From positions 23,831-87,830 of the IMG/VR virus record IMGVR_UViG_3300049459_000229: a DNA stretch of 64,000 bases; one strand, written 5' to 3'. This DNA comes from a virus. Each line of letters starts with the position of its first letter. The stretch's first letter is position 1. Shown here piece after piece: positions 8,710 to 17,266 of this stretch. Both the position numbers and the translations under genes were made by a program. A model generated the notes under the pieces. The model saw only the letters and a program-made list of their open reading frames with translations. It had not been told where the DNA came from and did no database searches.

Positions 8710-8935
8710 TTTCTATATCGTCGAGGGCGGCGCCGACCATCCGCAGGGTGTCAACTGGAGGCAGGTGAGCAGTGGTCGCGATGTGATTAACTACGCCATC
8801 TACCATCGCACGGATCTGGAGCCTACCGCCGTCCTGGCTGGCATCGTCGGCGCGCTGCTGGAGCGCGCGGCGGTCAGCAACCGCGACATGATGGACCTGT
8901 GCGGCCTGCAGCAGTTTCGGATCGAGGGGTACTGA
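8702..8935 (+). CDS. Hypothetical protein
   Basis: GGAGGT RBS. Confidence 0.65.
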   Translation: MRDFYIVEGGADHPQGVNWRQVSSGRDVINYAIYHRTDLEPTAVLAGIVGALLERAAVSNRDMMDLCGLQQFRIEGY

Positions 8936-8936
8936 T

Positions 8937-9215
8937 ATGCAAGTTACCGTCTACCGCCGCCCTCATGGGCGCTACACCGTCATCGACTGCCAGAATGTCT
9001 ACCCCGAAGACAAGGCCTGGTTCGAAGCCCACAACGTCAAGGTCAGCATGGAGGAGGACGGCATGCCAGGCAACCCCAACTACATCTTCTATGCCGACAT
9101 CGGCCGCAAGGACGAGGACGGCGAGCCGGATGAGGTCATCGAGCTCTCGCAGGGCCGCGCCTGCGACGAGACCCTTGCCGCGTTGCGGCGCCAGTGTGAG
9201 GAGGCGCTGACATGA
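8937..9215 (+). CDS. Hypothetical acidic protein
   Basis: GAGG RBS, coding-like codon usage. Confidence 0.7.
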   Translation: MQVTVYRRPHGRYTVIDCQNVYPEDKAWFEAHNVKVSMEEDGMPGNPNYIFYADIGRKDEDGEPDEVIELSQGRACDETLAALRRQCEEALT

Positions 9216-9457
9216 GCCTGACCAACGGCCACGTATGGGCCGGCTACAGCGATCCGGAAACTCGCGTGCCAGCTTATCCACTGAAGGTCGGCTCGAGTCG
9301 CGCCGGCGAGACCGGTACCGCGGTCTGGGATTCAGCTGGTGCCTGGATGGCCACCTTCCGCAACTCCGAAGACGCCCAGATGTATATCGAGAATGGTGTA
9401 CGCCGCGCTGCCCAGATTAAGAAATGCCAGCCTAAATTTTTGAAAGGAAAAGCATGA
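9212..9457 (+). CDS. Hypothetical protein
   Basis: GGAGG RBS, ATGA coupling. Confidence 0.65.
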   Translation: MSLTNGHVWAGYSDPETRVPAYPLKVGSSRAGETGTAVWDSAGAWMATFRNSEDAQMYIENGVRRAAQIKKCQPKFLKGKA

Positions 9458-9972
9458 CCAAGAAATATTACAAGACCAGTGCACCGGCGGTGCTGACTGC
9501 GCTCGCCGAGCGCAACGAAAAACTGACGGCGCTGCGCCTGCGTGGCGAAGCATTCCAGAAGCACTTCGGCGCCAAGAATCTGGTCGTCAGCAGCAGCACA
9601 GAAGGCTATCGCATCCGCGGCCTGCAGTTCGATCCGCCGAAGGACCGTCGTCTGTGGACGGTACCGGATCACGAGCATCTGGACATGCAGCGGCCGCGCC
9701 AGTCGATTACGAAGGCGACGCCTGACGAGAAGGCCGAACTGGCGCGCCTGAAGGCGGAATGGAAGGAGCACTTCCCGACCGGCGATGTGCCGTTCGAGCC
9801 GGTGCTGACAGCGATGGGAACGACCTGGGTCGCTCTGATCTTCGGCGCTGGCTTCCACATGCATGAGCGCGATGGTGCGGTCTACGTGGCGACAGCAGCC
9901 AAGTTGAACGATCTGATGGTCGAGATCCTGGCCAGCGAGTACGAGGCCGCAACAGCGAAGGAGACGGCATGA
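9454..9972 (+). CDS. Hypothetical phage protein (possibly Eac/DUF5420-like)
   Basis: AAGGA RBS; the family resemblance is from memory and weak. Confidence 0.7.
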   Translation: MTKKYYKTSAPAVLTALAERNEKLTALRLRGEAFQKHFGAKNLVVSSSTEGYRIRGLQFDPPKDRRLWTVPDHEHLDMQRPRQSITKATPDEKAELARLKAEWKEHFPTGDVPFEPVLTAMGTTWVALIFGAGFHMHERDGAVYVATAAKLNDLMVEILASEYEAATAKETA

Positions 9973-10283
9973 AAATCACACGCGGCTTTGTCGCCGTCCA
10001 GCCGGACGGCCAGTTCCTGTACATCAGCGCGACGCAGACCCATGTCGGTCACCGCGTGCACATCTCGCCGGTTTCCGATATCGATGACGCCACGGTGCGC
10101 ATGCACCCCGGGCCGCGCGGCGGCGACCGCAAGGAGGCGGCCGCGCTGGCCGAGCTGAAGGTCACCTGGGTGCCGGTCGAAGTGCATCGCAATGTGGTCC
10201 TGCAGGGCTACGGCGTGGCGGACGAGCGCAAGGTCGGCATGAACCCTGCCCTCGCGGCGCCGTACGGCAGCAGCCATGAATAA
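9969..10283 (+). CDS. Hypothetical protein
   Basis: AAGGAG RBS, ATGA coupling. Confidence 0.7.
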   Translation: MKITRGFVAVQPDGQFLYISATQTHVGHRVHISPVSDIDDATVRMHPGPRGGDRKEAAALAELKVTWVPVEVHRNVVLQGYGVADERKVGMNPALAAPYGSSHE

Positions 10284-10509
10284 GCCTCGCACCCGCCCGG
10301 TCGGCGCCATGGCCATCGCGACTGTCACCGTCGAGATCAGCGGCCTCGGCAGCTGGGGCACCAGCTGCAGCGTCGAGCAGGTGCACCGGCAGGCCAGCGA
10401 GGAAGCTGTCGGCTTCCTGCGTAACCTTGTGGCCGGCAATCGCGGCGAGCACCGGCTGCGCATCATCGGCCAACCTGAAGTCAAAACTATCACCACGGAG
10501 AGAAAATGA
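10276..10509 (+). CDS. Hypothetical protein
   Basis: Packed ORF. Confidence 0.65.
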   Translation: MNKPRTRPVGAMAIATVTVEISGLGSWGTSCSVEQVHRQASEEAVGFLRNLVAGNRGEHRLRIIGQPEVKTITTERK

Positions 10510-10736
10510 CCCTTCCCGAACTGCTCGAGCGCGTGGGCGTCGACAACATTAATTTCCAGCTGCTGAACGCGTCGATGACGAATATCACGGCAACCAAACG
10601 TGACAGCAAAATCACCTTCCTGACCGACGCCCTGACGCCGAACAACGTCGCCACCGGCACCGGCCCGGTCGGCCTGATCGTCTGGTGCGATCGTGCCGCA
10701 TGGGAGGCAGCCCTCTCGGAAGGAGATGCATCGTGA
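10506..10736 (+). CDS. Hypothetical protein
   Basis: GGAG RBS, ATGA coupling. Confidence 0.7.
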   Translation: MTLPELLERVGVDNINFQLLNASMTNITATKRDSKITFLTDALTPNNVATGTGPVGLIVWCDRAAWEAALSEGDAS

Positions 10737-11119
10737 GCACCTACAAGAACGGCCCCGGCAATGTGCCGCGGCTGCCCGACCGCGTGGTCGACACCCTGAT
10801 CGACGCCGCTGGTGTGCCTCGCCAGATTTTCAGTGTCAACGGCCACCGAAGCGATAAACTCGACAAGACCGCCAATGTCGAGCGTCTGGTCCACGACACC
10901 TGCGAAGAGCTGCTGGCGCGCCTGCCGGCGCCGGACGAAGACGGCGAACGATTCCGCTTCATGTTGGCTGCTGCCGGCGACCGGAACAGCCGCGCCGCGC
11001 AAGCCATGGACCGCTTCAGCAACGAGCTTGACGACGACGATCCGCGGCCGCACACCGAGCAACTGGTCGAGATTATTGACAAGGGGCGGGCCTGGGTCGC
11101 GGCAGGAGGCCAGGCATGA
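10733..11119 (+). CDS. Hypothetical protein (GTG start, MSTYKNG...)
   Basis: AAGGAG RBS, GTGA coupling. Confidence 0.7.
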   Translation: MSTYKNGPGNVPRLPDRVVDTLIDAAGVPRQIFSVNGHRSDKLDKTANVERLVHDTCEELLARLPAPDEDGERFRFMLAAAGDRNSRAAQAMDRFSNELDDDDPRPHTEQLVEIIDKGRAWVAAGGQA

Positions 11120-11340
11120 GCCTCCTGAAAGAACACCTTGCCTACATGGCCAGGGTCCGTGCGCACGGCGGCCGAATCCTCGCCTATCGACCACCGTGCT
11201 GCAACACCGAGACGGAGACGAAGGCGCCAGTCGACGACGACGATGTCTGGGATTCGCTGACCACCTGTCCGCACTGCGGTGCGCTCGGCATGAAGATCGT
11301 GACCCGCAACACTGTCGAAATTCGCTTACTGGAGGCTTGA
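11116..11340 (+). CDS. Small zinc-ribbon protein
   Basis: PPCC...CPHC cysteine pairs; AGGAGG RBS. Confidence 0.65.
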   Translation: MSLLKEHLAYMARVRAHGGRILAYRPPCCNTETETKAPVDDDDVWDSLTTCPHCGALGMKIVTRNTVEIRLLEA

Positions 11341-11341
11341 A

Positions 11342-11989
11342 ATGAAAACCCAAACCCACTCCCGCACCACCTACACCATCCCCGGCACCGACATCGAGGT
11401 CGAGCTGCCGGTCACGCCCGACAGCATCATGGACTTCAAGGCGCCGCTGGTCCGGATCACCGATGACCAGATCATCCTCGGCTACCTGGCGCACGACGAT
11501 GACTGTGAGAATCCGCTGGAAGACGATGAGTACGCCGGCTACATCTACGAGGCGCGCCGCCGCGGCAAGACCCTGCGCGACTACGAGCGCGCGCTCGCCC
11601 TAGGCGATTTCGAGGACGACGAGCGTGACCCCTACGCCGTGCTGCTGGACGTCTATGAGCATGGCGGCATCTCCTATAGCCTGGCCGGCGCCGGTATGCA
11701 GTCCCAGTTCGATACGGCGCGCGGCGGCGCCGTCTGGGTGCCGGGTGACCTGCTGCGCAAGGACATCGAGGCGCATGCCGACCCGATGGCTCGGGCGCGC
11801 GAGTGCGCCAAGATCGACGCTGAGCAGTACACCGACTGGTGCAACGGCAACTGCTATTCGATTGTGGTCGTCACCTATGACAAGAAGGGTCAGCAGATCG
11901 ACTGGAACACCTGCAGCGGCTATGTTGGCGACGATAACGCCTACGAGGCGCTGCAGGGGGCGATGCCGCGGGAGGTGGCCCATGGCTAA
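11342..11989 (+). CDS. Hypothetical acidic protein
   Basis: GGAGG RBS, 215-aa ORF. Confidence 0.8.
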   Translation: MKTQTHSRTTYTIPGTDIEVELPVTPDSIMDFKAPLVRITDDQIILGYLAHDDDCENPLEDDEYAGYIYEARRRGKTLRDYERALALGDFEDDERDPYAVLLDVYEHGGISYSLAGAGMQSQFDTARGGAVWVPGDLLRKDIEAHADPMARARECAKIDAEQYTDWCNGNCYSIVVVTYDKKGQQIDWNTCSGYVGDDNAYEALQGAMPREVAHG

Positions 11990-12200
11990 GCTGACGAGCG
12001 CGATGGTGCGCGAGCTGAACAGTATCAAGCAGGCTGCCGCAGAGGGTCTGCCGGCTCAGTTGAGAGACTTCGCCTGGCTGGCGGCGGACTCGTTCCTTGC
12101 TTGGCGGCCGGTCTATCTGGGCGAATTCACCCGCAAGCAGCTGCAGTCCCACATCGACACCTTGAAATACCTAATCACCCTGGGAGTGCATGACCGATGA
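11982..12200 (+). CDS. Hypothetical protein (MAKLTS...)
   Basis: GGAGGT RBS. Confidence 0.6.
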   Translation: MAKLTSAMVRELNSIKQAAAEGLPAQLRDFAWLAADSFLAWRPVYLGEFTRKQLQSHIDTLKYLITLGVHDR

Positions 12201-12688
12201 GCACCCGTCGACGCAACGCCCCTGACGGCGACTTCGCCTTTTCCCTGCTCGACGAGATCCGCGCCTCGCCCGAGCATCCGATGCCGGATGGCGAGCGTCA
12301 GGTAAACGTGCAGGCCGCGCGCCAACACCTTGGCCAGCTGGCCTATGGCGCCGCGCCGTCGCGCCTGAACTGGAAGGTGCTGTCCACGATCGGTAATTTC
12401 TTCCAGACCATGCTGACCCTCGGCATGATCCAGGACGAGGACGGCCTGCTGGACCATGCCAAGGCCGTGCTCTTCACGGCCAGCAAGCACGCTGTCGAAC
12501 ATGGCACCATGCTGCGCCTGGTCGGCGCCGAGGTGGCCATCATGGAGAACATGCTGGAAGCCTACGACGAAGTACTTGCGGCGCTGCCGCACCGCGACGC
12601 TATTCGAGTGTTTCGTGAGACTGACAAGCGGATGCGTGTGCGACGTCCGGGCGACTACGACGCCAATCCTGAGAAAGGAAAATCATGA
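12197..12688 (+). CDS. Hypothetical phage protein
   Basis: ATGA coupling, 163-aa ORF. Confidence 0.75.
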   Translation: MSTRRRNAPDGDFAFSLLDEIRASPEHPMPDGERQVNVQAARQHLGQLAYGAAPSRLNWKVLSTIGNFFQTMLTLGMIQDEDGLLDHAKAVLFTASKHAVEHGTMLRLVGAEVAIMENMLEAYDEVLAALPHRDAIRVFRETDKRMRVRRPGDYDANPEKGKS

Positions 12689-13029
12689 CCACCCTCGACG
12701 ACAAGGTGAAAGCCAAGGTCGCCTTGGGCGACCTGGTTGAACTGTGCAAAGAGGCGCCAGGGCGCCGCTGGCGTCAGCCGCTTGAGTTCCTGATGGGCTT
12801 CATCAAGGATGTGCCGGTGGCGCCGCCGGCACCGGTCTATACGTGCGAAGGCAGGGGTGGTGAGTACGAGCTGATTGCCCGTGCATTCAGCGCGGGCGAG
12901 TTGAAGCGCGCCATGCAGCGAAGTCCGGACACCGCGGTCGACTTGGTGATCTATCGTGACCTGGCCAGCGGCACGGTCTATGTGCGCGATCGCACCGACT
13001 TCGAAGAACGCATGCGCCGCATCCGATGA
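12685..13029 (+). CDS. Hypothetical protein with DUF1653-like C-terminus
   Basis: GGEYELIA...LVIYRDL..G.VYVR...DF.ERM pattern. Confidence 0.65.
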   Translation: MTTLDDKVKAKVALGDLVELCKEAPGRRWRQPLEFLMGFIKDVPVAPPAPVYTCEGRGGEYELIARAFSAGELKRAMQRSPDTAVDLVIYRDLASGTVYVRDRTDFEERMRRIR

Positions 13030-13379
13030 AGCCGCCGCTCGAGGTGCCGGTGTTCCTGCAGCAGCCAGCGCCCGAGCTGGAAAAGCCGGACGAATCGGCG
13101 ATCCCGGCCGCCATCGTCTCCACTCTGAAGACCGACGAGAGCGTGGCCGCCGAGCTGGCGGTCATCGCCCAACACCTTGCCCATCAGCGCCGGCTACGCC
13201 ACACGCTCGAGGTCGAGTCGTTCGAGGAGGAGCTGCGGCACATGAACGCGATGCAGGATCTTGCCGTGCGCGCCCAGCAGATCGAGGACAACATCGAACG
13301 GCTGAAGCACCTGCGCAGCGATCTTCGTAACCACCAGCAGCGCCTCAAGCGCACGCTGGAGAAACTCAAGGAGAAGTGA
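13026..13379 (+). CDS. Coiled-coil hypothetical protein
   Basis: ATGA coupling, heptad-rich C-terminus. Confidence 0.65.
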   Translation: MKPPLEVPVFLQQPAPELEKPDESAIPAAIVSTLKTDESVAAELAVIAQHLAHQRRLRHTLEVESFEEELRHMNAMQDLAVRAQQIEDNIERLKHLRSDLRNHQQRLKRTLEKLKEK

Positions 13380-13696
13380 TGTTCCATCCCTATACCCTCA
13401 AGCTCGACGGTGGCAAGTACACCGTCATCAACGACAACGGCCAGATGACCTTCTTGCGCCATGGCGAGCCGTGGCCGGCGGCCGACGACCTGAAGCATGC
13501 CGGTGTGGTGCTGGCCATGGCCCAGCGCATCGAGGAGCTGGAGGTCGCGATCGGTGAGGTGCTGAATGGCTCATTAGACGAGCAGGGCACGCGTGCTGCC
13601 GATGGGATCACTTCGATCCTGAGCGGCGTGATTGCTGTGCGCGGTACTTTCTGCAACTGGGAAGACACCCTGCGCCGCGCGCTGGAGCAGAAATAA
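13379..13696 (+). CDS. Hypothetical protein
   Basis: AAGGAG RBS, TGATG coupling. Confidence 0.7.
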   Translation: MFHPYTLKLDGGKYTVINDNGQMTFLRHGEPWPAADDLKHAGVVLAMAQRIEELEVAIGEVLNGSLDEQGTRAADGITSILSGVIAVRGTFCNWEDTLRRALEQK

Positions 13697-14514
13697 TGCC
13701 CACACTCACCCTCACCCGACAGCAGTTCGAAGGTGTGCGCGAGAGGGCCTTCAAGGCCTTTCTCGAGGCGCGCGGCGCCGAGCTGCTCGAACCCACCAAC
13801 CAGTGGGAGTTGCTGCGCTTTCGTACCGAGGAAGGCACGTCGATCATCTACACCGACAAGCGCGGCAAGCTGACCTGGACCAACCAGGCAGCCGAGGCCT
13901 ATCTTGCCTGCATAGGCAACAAGGCCTGGCGCGCGGTGCCGAAGACGCAGCGCCGCAAGAAGTCCAGCGTCGTCTGCCAGGCGCTGCGCGAGCGTGACGG
14001 CCACGCCTGCTTCTTCTGTCACCTCGATGTGCCGGTCGAGGAAGAGTCGGCCGAGCATCTGGTGCCTGTCACGGCCGGCGGCCCGGATCATATCGCCAAC
14101 ATGGCGCTGGCGCATCAGCTCTGCAATCAGCAGGCCGGCCACGCGTCGCTGATGGTGAAGATCGCCATCCGCGAGTCAAACTGGCGACGGCCGCACACGC
14201 CCGGCACGCTGCCACATCTGCTGTTGCCGCCTGACGCGGCTGAAGCTGTCAAGGCGATTGCCGTAGCTGCGGCCGAGGACGAGGCGATCGATGATCTGTT
14301 TGACCGCGGCGAATGGCCGGCGGTGATCATCTCCACGCCAACCATCACTGGCGTTGTGCAGCTGGACCGACTTGAGATGCTTGACGCCAAGCTGGGGGAC
14401 TATGTCTGGCTTGAAGGCCGGTACGGCGATCTGGAAATTCCGAAAACCCGAGGCCAAGTCATCGCAGCGGACGAGCAGTCTGTGACAGTGAGCCTCCCAC
14501 CCTGGAGCGAATAA
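13696..14514 (+). CDS. HNH endonuclease-domain protein
   Basis: RDGHACFFC...SAEHLVP...GGPDHIANMALAHQLCNQQAG. Confidence 0.85.
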   Translation: MPTLTLTRQQFEGVRERAFKAFLEARGAELLEPTNQWELLRFRTEEGTSIIYTDKRGKLTWTNQAAEAYLACIGNKAWRAVPKTQRRKKSSVVCQALRERDGHACFFCHLDVPVEEESAEHLVPVTAGGPDHIANMALAHQLCNQQAGHASLMVKIAIRESNWRRPHTPGTLPHLLLPPDAAEAVKAIAVAAAEDEAIDDLFDRGEWPAVIISTPTITGVVQLDRLEMLDAKLGDYVWLEGRYGDLEIPKTRGQVIAADEQSVTVSLPPWSE

Positions 14515-14774
14515 TGCCCAAACCTACAACCCACGAAGCTCTCGGCCTGATCCGAGAGCACTACGGCCTGACGATGGCCGAGGCCCAGAACCTGATGAAA
14601 GCGCCGCTGCACCCGCGCACCGTGCGCGACGAGTTTGCTGGCCAGGCTCTGACGGCGGCGCTCATGAATCGGCAGCTTGCCGAGTTATCTTACGGCGAGC
14701 GCGCGGAATTCTGCTACAGGCAGGCCGACGCCATGCTTGGTGCCCGCATACCCAAGGAGCCTGACGATGCCTGA
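14514..14774 (+). CDS. Conserved small phage protein
   Basis: RDEFAGQAL...CYRQADAML motif common in phage early genes. Confidence 0.7.
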   Translation: MPKPTTHEALGLIREHYGLTMAEAQNLMKAPLHPRTVRDEFAGQALTAALMNRQLAELSYGERAEFCYRQADAMLGARIPKEPDDA

Positions 14775-14961
14775 ACAGATTTCCCTCTGGACTGTCGTGA
14801 TCGTGTTCACCGATGGTCGCTACCAGTCCGATGTCTGGTCGTTCAGTGCCGGCGGCGCCCTGCAGCTAGGCCTGACCGATGCGCGTGGCATCGAGACCAT
14901 GCCGATCTTTTCTGGCGAGGTCCGTGAGGTCGCCATTACCTGGAAGGAGGCTCAAAAGTGA
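14767..14961 (+). CDS. Hypothetical protein (MPEQISLW...)
   Basis: AAGGAG RBS. Confidence 0.6.
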   Translation: MPEQISLWTVVIVFTDGRYQSDVWSFSAGGALQLGLTDARGIETMPIFSGEVREVAITWKEAQK

Positions 14962-15227
14962 TGACCCTCTACGGTATGCGCATCCACGTGTCACCATTGA
15001 TTGTCGACCCGCCCAGGTTTGAGCTCAGCCCGCGGCTGCAGGAGATCCTCAACTACGGCGCCACGCCCGGCTACGTCCAAGGCTTCAACGACTGGTCGCG
15101 CAAATTCTTTGGCACCAACTATGAGGTCATCAAGGCTGGCGACGACCTCTTCATGTCCGAGGCCGGCTACCACGCGCTGCGCCTCAAACTTGAGAAGGAG
15201 GGCAAATGGCTCCCGCCATCCACCTGA
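14958..15227 (+). CDS. Hypothetical protein
   Basis: AGGAGG RBS. Confidence 0.7.
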   Translation: MMTLYGMRIHVSPLIVDPPRFELSPRLQEILNYGATPGYVQGFNDWSRKFFGTNYEVIKAGDDLFMSEAGYHALRLKLEKEGKWLPPST

Positions 15228-15889
15228 CCCGCGCATCCGCCAACGCCAAAACCGGCCCCATCCCCGTCTCCACTTCCTCCCGCGCTACCTGTCCCAGCAC
15301 CTGCTCCTTCAAGGGCGCCGGCTGCTATGCTGAGAACTTCCCGCTGTCTACCCACTGGAATGCCGTCACGGCTGGCCGCGGCCTGCCCTGGGCGGACTTC
15401 GTCGACGAGATCTCGCGGCTGAAGAAGGGCCAGCTGTGGCGCCACAACCAGGCAGGCGATCTTGCCGGCCAAGACGACGTCATCGACGTGGCAGCGTTGC
15501 GCCAGCTGACGCGTGCGAACCGCGGCAAGAAGGGCTTCACCTACACCCACTACCCGCCGACGCCGGCAAACCTGAAGGCGATCCGCGCCGCGGTGAAGGG
15601 CGGCTTTGCAGTCAACCTGTCGGCCGATTCGCTGCTTGACGCAGACCGGCTGGCTGTCCACGGCCTGCCGCTCGTGGTCGTGGTGCCGCCGGGCTGGCGG
15701 GAAGGGAAGACGCCGGCCGGTCACAAGGTCACGCTGTGCCCGGCCCAAACGATGGAGTACATGACCTGCGCGGTCTGCAAGTTGTGTGCAAACACCGAAC
15801 GCCATGCGATCGTGGCGTTCGAAGCGCACGGCGCGCGCCGGCGCACCGTGATTAAAATTATCGAGGAGAAGGCTACGGCCGAATCTTGA
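15206..15889 (+). CDS. Gp88/DUF7227-like Cys-rich protein (putative Fe-S, radical-SAM-like)
   Basis: NAKTGPIPVS..CPSTC......CYA, WRHNQAGD, FTYTH, VNLSADS, CPAQ...CAVCKLC. Confidence 0.75.
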   Translation: MAPAIHLTRASANAKTGPIPVSTSSRATCPSTCSFKGAGCYAENFPLSTHWNAVTAGRGLPWADFVDEISRLKKGQLWRHNQAGDLAGQDDVIDVAALRQLTRANRGKKGFTYTHYPPTPANLKAIRAAVKGGFAVNLSADSLLDADRLAVHGLPLVVVVPPGWREGKTPAGHKVTLCPAQTMEYMTCAVCKLCANTERHAIVAFEAHGARRRTVIKIIEEKATAES

Positions 15890-16028
15890 TGAAGGCCTGC
15901 GGCGCCGCCGGCGGCTTTGCAGCCTCCAGTCGGGCGGCTTCGGCGGCGGCGACGGCGGCAGCTTCGGCGGCCGCCGTCTCCTCCAGCTTCTGGTTGGTCG
16001 CTTCCGCGAGTTTTTGCGCGTCGATCAT
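15873..16028 (-). CDS. 51-aa Ala-rich peptide, last gene of the fibre operon
   Basis: Not in ORF track; TGATG-coupled to 16028..17266; MIDAQKLAEATNQKLEETAAAEAAAVAAAEAARLEAAKPPAAPQAFIKIRP. Confidence 0.55.
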   Translation of the reverse strand: MIDAQKLAEATNQKLEETAAAEAAAVAAAEAARLEAAKPPAAPQAFIKIRP

Positions 16029-17266
16029 CAGTTGTCCGTTGCGGTGAAGTAGATGGTCCGGAATACCTGCTCGCCGGTGGCGAACGTCAGCGGCAGGGTA
16101 CAGGTGTTCGCGCCGGCGATATCGAGGCTGCCCAGCTTGACGATGCCGCTACCACCTTGCGTGATCGGCGCGGCCAGCGAGGTGACGCCGACCGGTGTCG
16201 GCGCCTGGACGGAAGCCAGCGTCGTGCTGCTGTACTCCAGGTCGCTCGAGACATCGATCGCGTAGAAGCGCTGATCGTCCGGATCCTTGGCGAAACTCCA
16301 CGACCTGTCATCGGCCAGCGCGAAGTGAATCGTGCGGTCGATCTGCTCGCCGTTGTTGAGCAGGATGCGCAGTGTGCAGTAGTTGTCGAAGCCGGTGGTC
16401 AGGTTCAGGCCGCCGATCTTTACCACGATCAGACCACCCTGTGGCGACGGGCCTTCCAGCAGCGTCACGCCGTTGGTCAAGGCGGTCACCGATTTGATCG
16501 TGGTGCCGCTGTCGGCAAGGTCGCGGGTCACATCGCCGATGTAGTAGAGCTTGTCGGCCGGGACCTTGTTGATGGTCCACTTCTTGTTCTTCAGGTAGGG
16601 ACCATTCGGCAGCAGCTTGGGCGAACTCTCGGTCCCGAACAAGACGACGCGCGAGCCGCCGGCGAAGACCGCGGTGCGGCTGGCCGGCACGACCACGCTG
16701 TTCGGGATCGAGCCGCTGGAGGCGGCGCCCGGCGAGAAGGCGCCTGCGCTGACCAGGGTTGCGCCTGGTGCGTTTGCGTTGACTGGTGCTGCGCCGCCGG
16801 TTGCGCCGCCGGCCGTGAATACCGGGCTGCTGGCCAAGGTCGCGCCTGGCGCGCTGGAGGACGCCGATGCTGCGCCGCGCGTCAACACCGACACGCTGGT
16901 CAGGGTCGCACCCGGCGCGCTGCCGGCGGCTGCACCGACTGTCATCACGATCGGTGCTGGCTCCGACAGGAACAGACCGGCGGCCGGACTGTACTTCTTG
17001 ACCTGCATGGTCGCGTTGTAGACACCGTCCGGCGCGCCGACAAAGCTGAGCGAGCCGTCCTCATAAACAGTCATCGTGCCCTGGCTTGGCCAGGCGGTCA
17101 TCGTGCCGCAGTAGCGCGTGCCGACCGGGTCGCCGGCCTCGACGTCGTTGTTCAGCGAGCCTGCCAGCGGGAAGCCTGTCGGCAGCTCCGACGCCAGCAT
17201 GCCGACGTATGGAATGCCGAGGACGACCTGTCCGCTGGCGGTTTTCTGGTTCAGGTTGCGCAGCAT
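16028..17266 (-). CDS. Putative virion fibre/adaptor protein with two tandem C-terminal adaptor-like domains
   Basis: Three APGATL repeats, then a duplicated K.P.D...Y..DV..DL..S.TT..SV...VK.G...N.CTL......GEQ..RTI.F domain. Confidence 0.7.
   Translation of the reverse strand: MLRNLNQKTASGQVVLGIPYVGMLASELPTGFPLAGSLNNDVEAGDPVGTRYCGTMTAWPSQGTMTVYEDGSLSFVGAPDGVYNATMQVKKYSPAAGLFLSEPAPIVMTVGAAAGSAPGATLTSVSVLTRGAASASSSAPGATLASSPVFTAGGATGGAAPVNANAPGATLVSAGAFSPGAASSGSIPNSVVVPASRTAVFAGGSRVVLFGTESSPKLLPNGPYLKNKKWTINKVPADKLYYIGDVTRDLADSGTTIKSVTALTNGVTLLEGPSPQGGLIVVKIGGLNLTTGFDNYCTLRILLNNGEQIDRTIHFALADDRSWSFAKDPDDQRFYAIDVSSDLEYSSTTLASVQAPTPVGVTSLAAPITQGGSGIVKLGSLDIAGANTCTLPLTFATGEQVFRTIYFTATDN

Noticed and set aside
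15895-15980. GGCGGC-rich tract as a repeat array or terminator
   Set aside because: Explained by poly-Ala codons of the minus-strand micro-ORF; no U-tract
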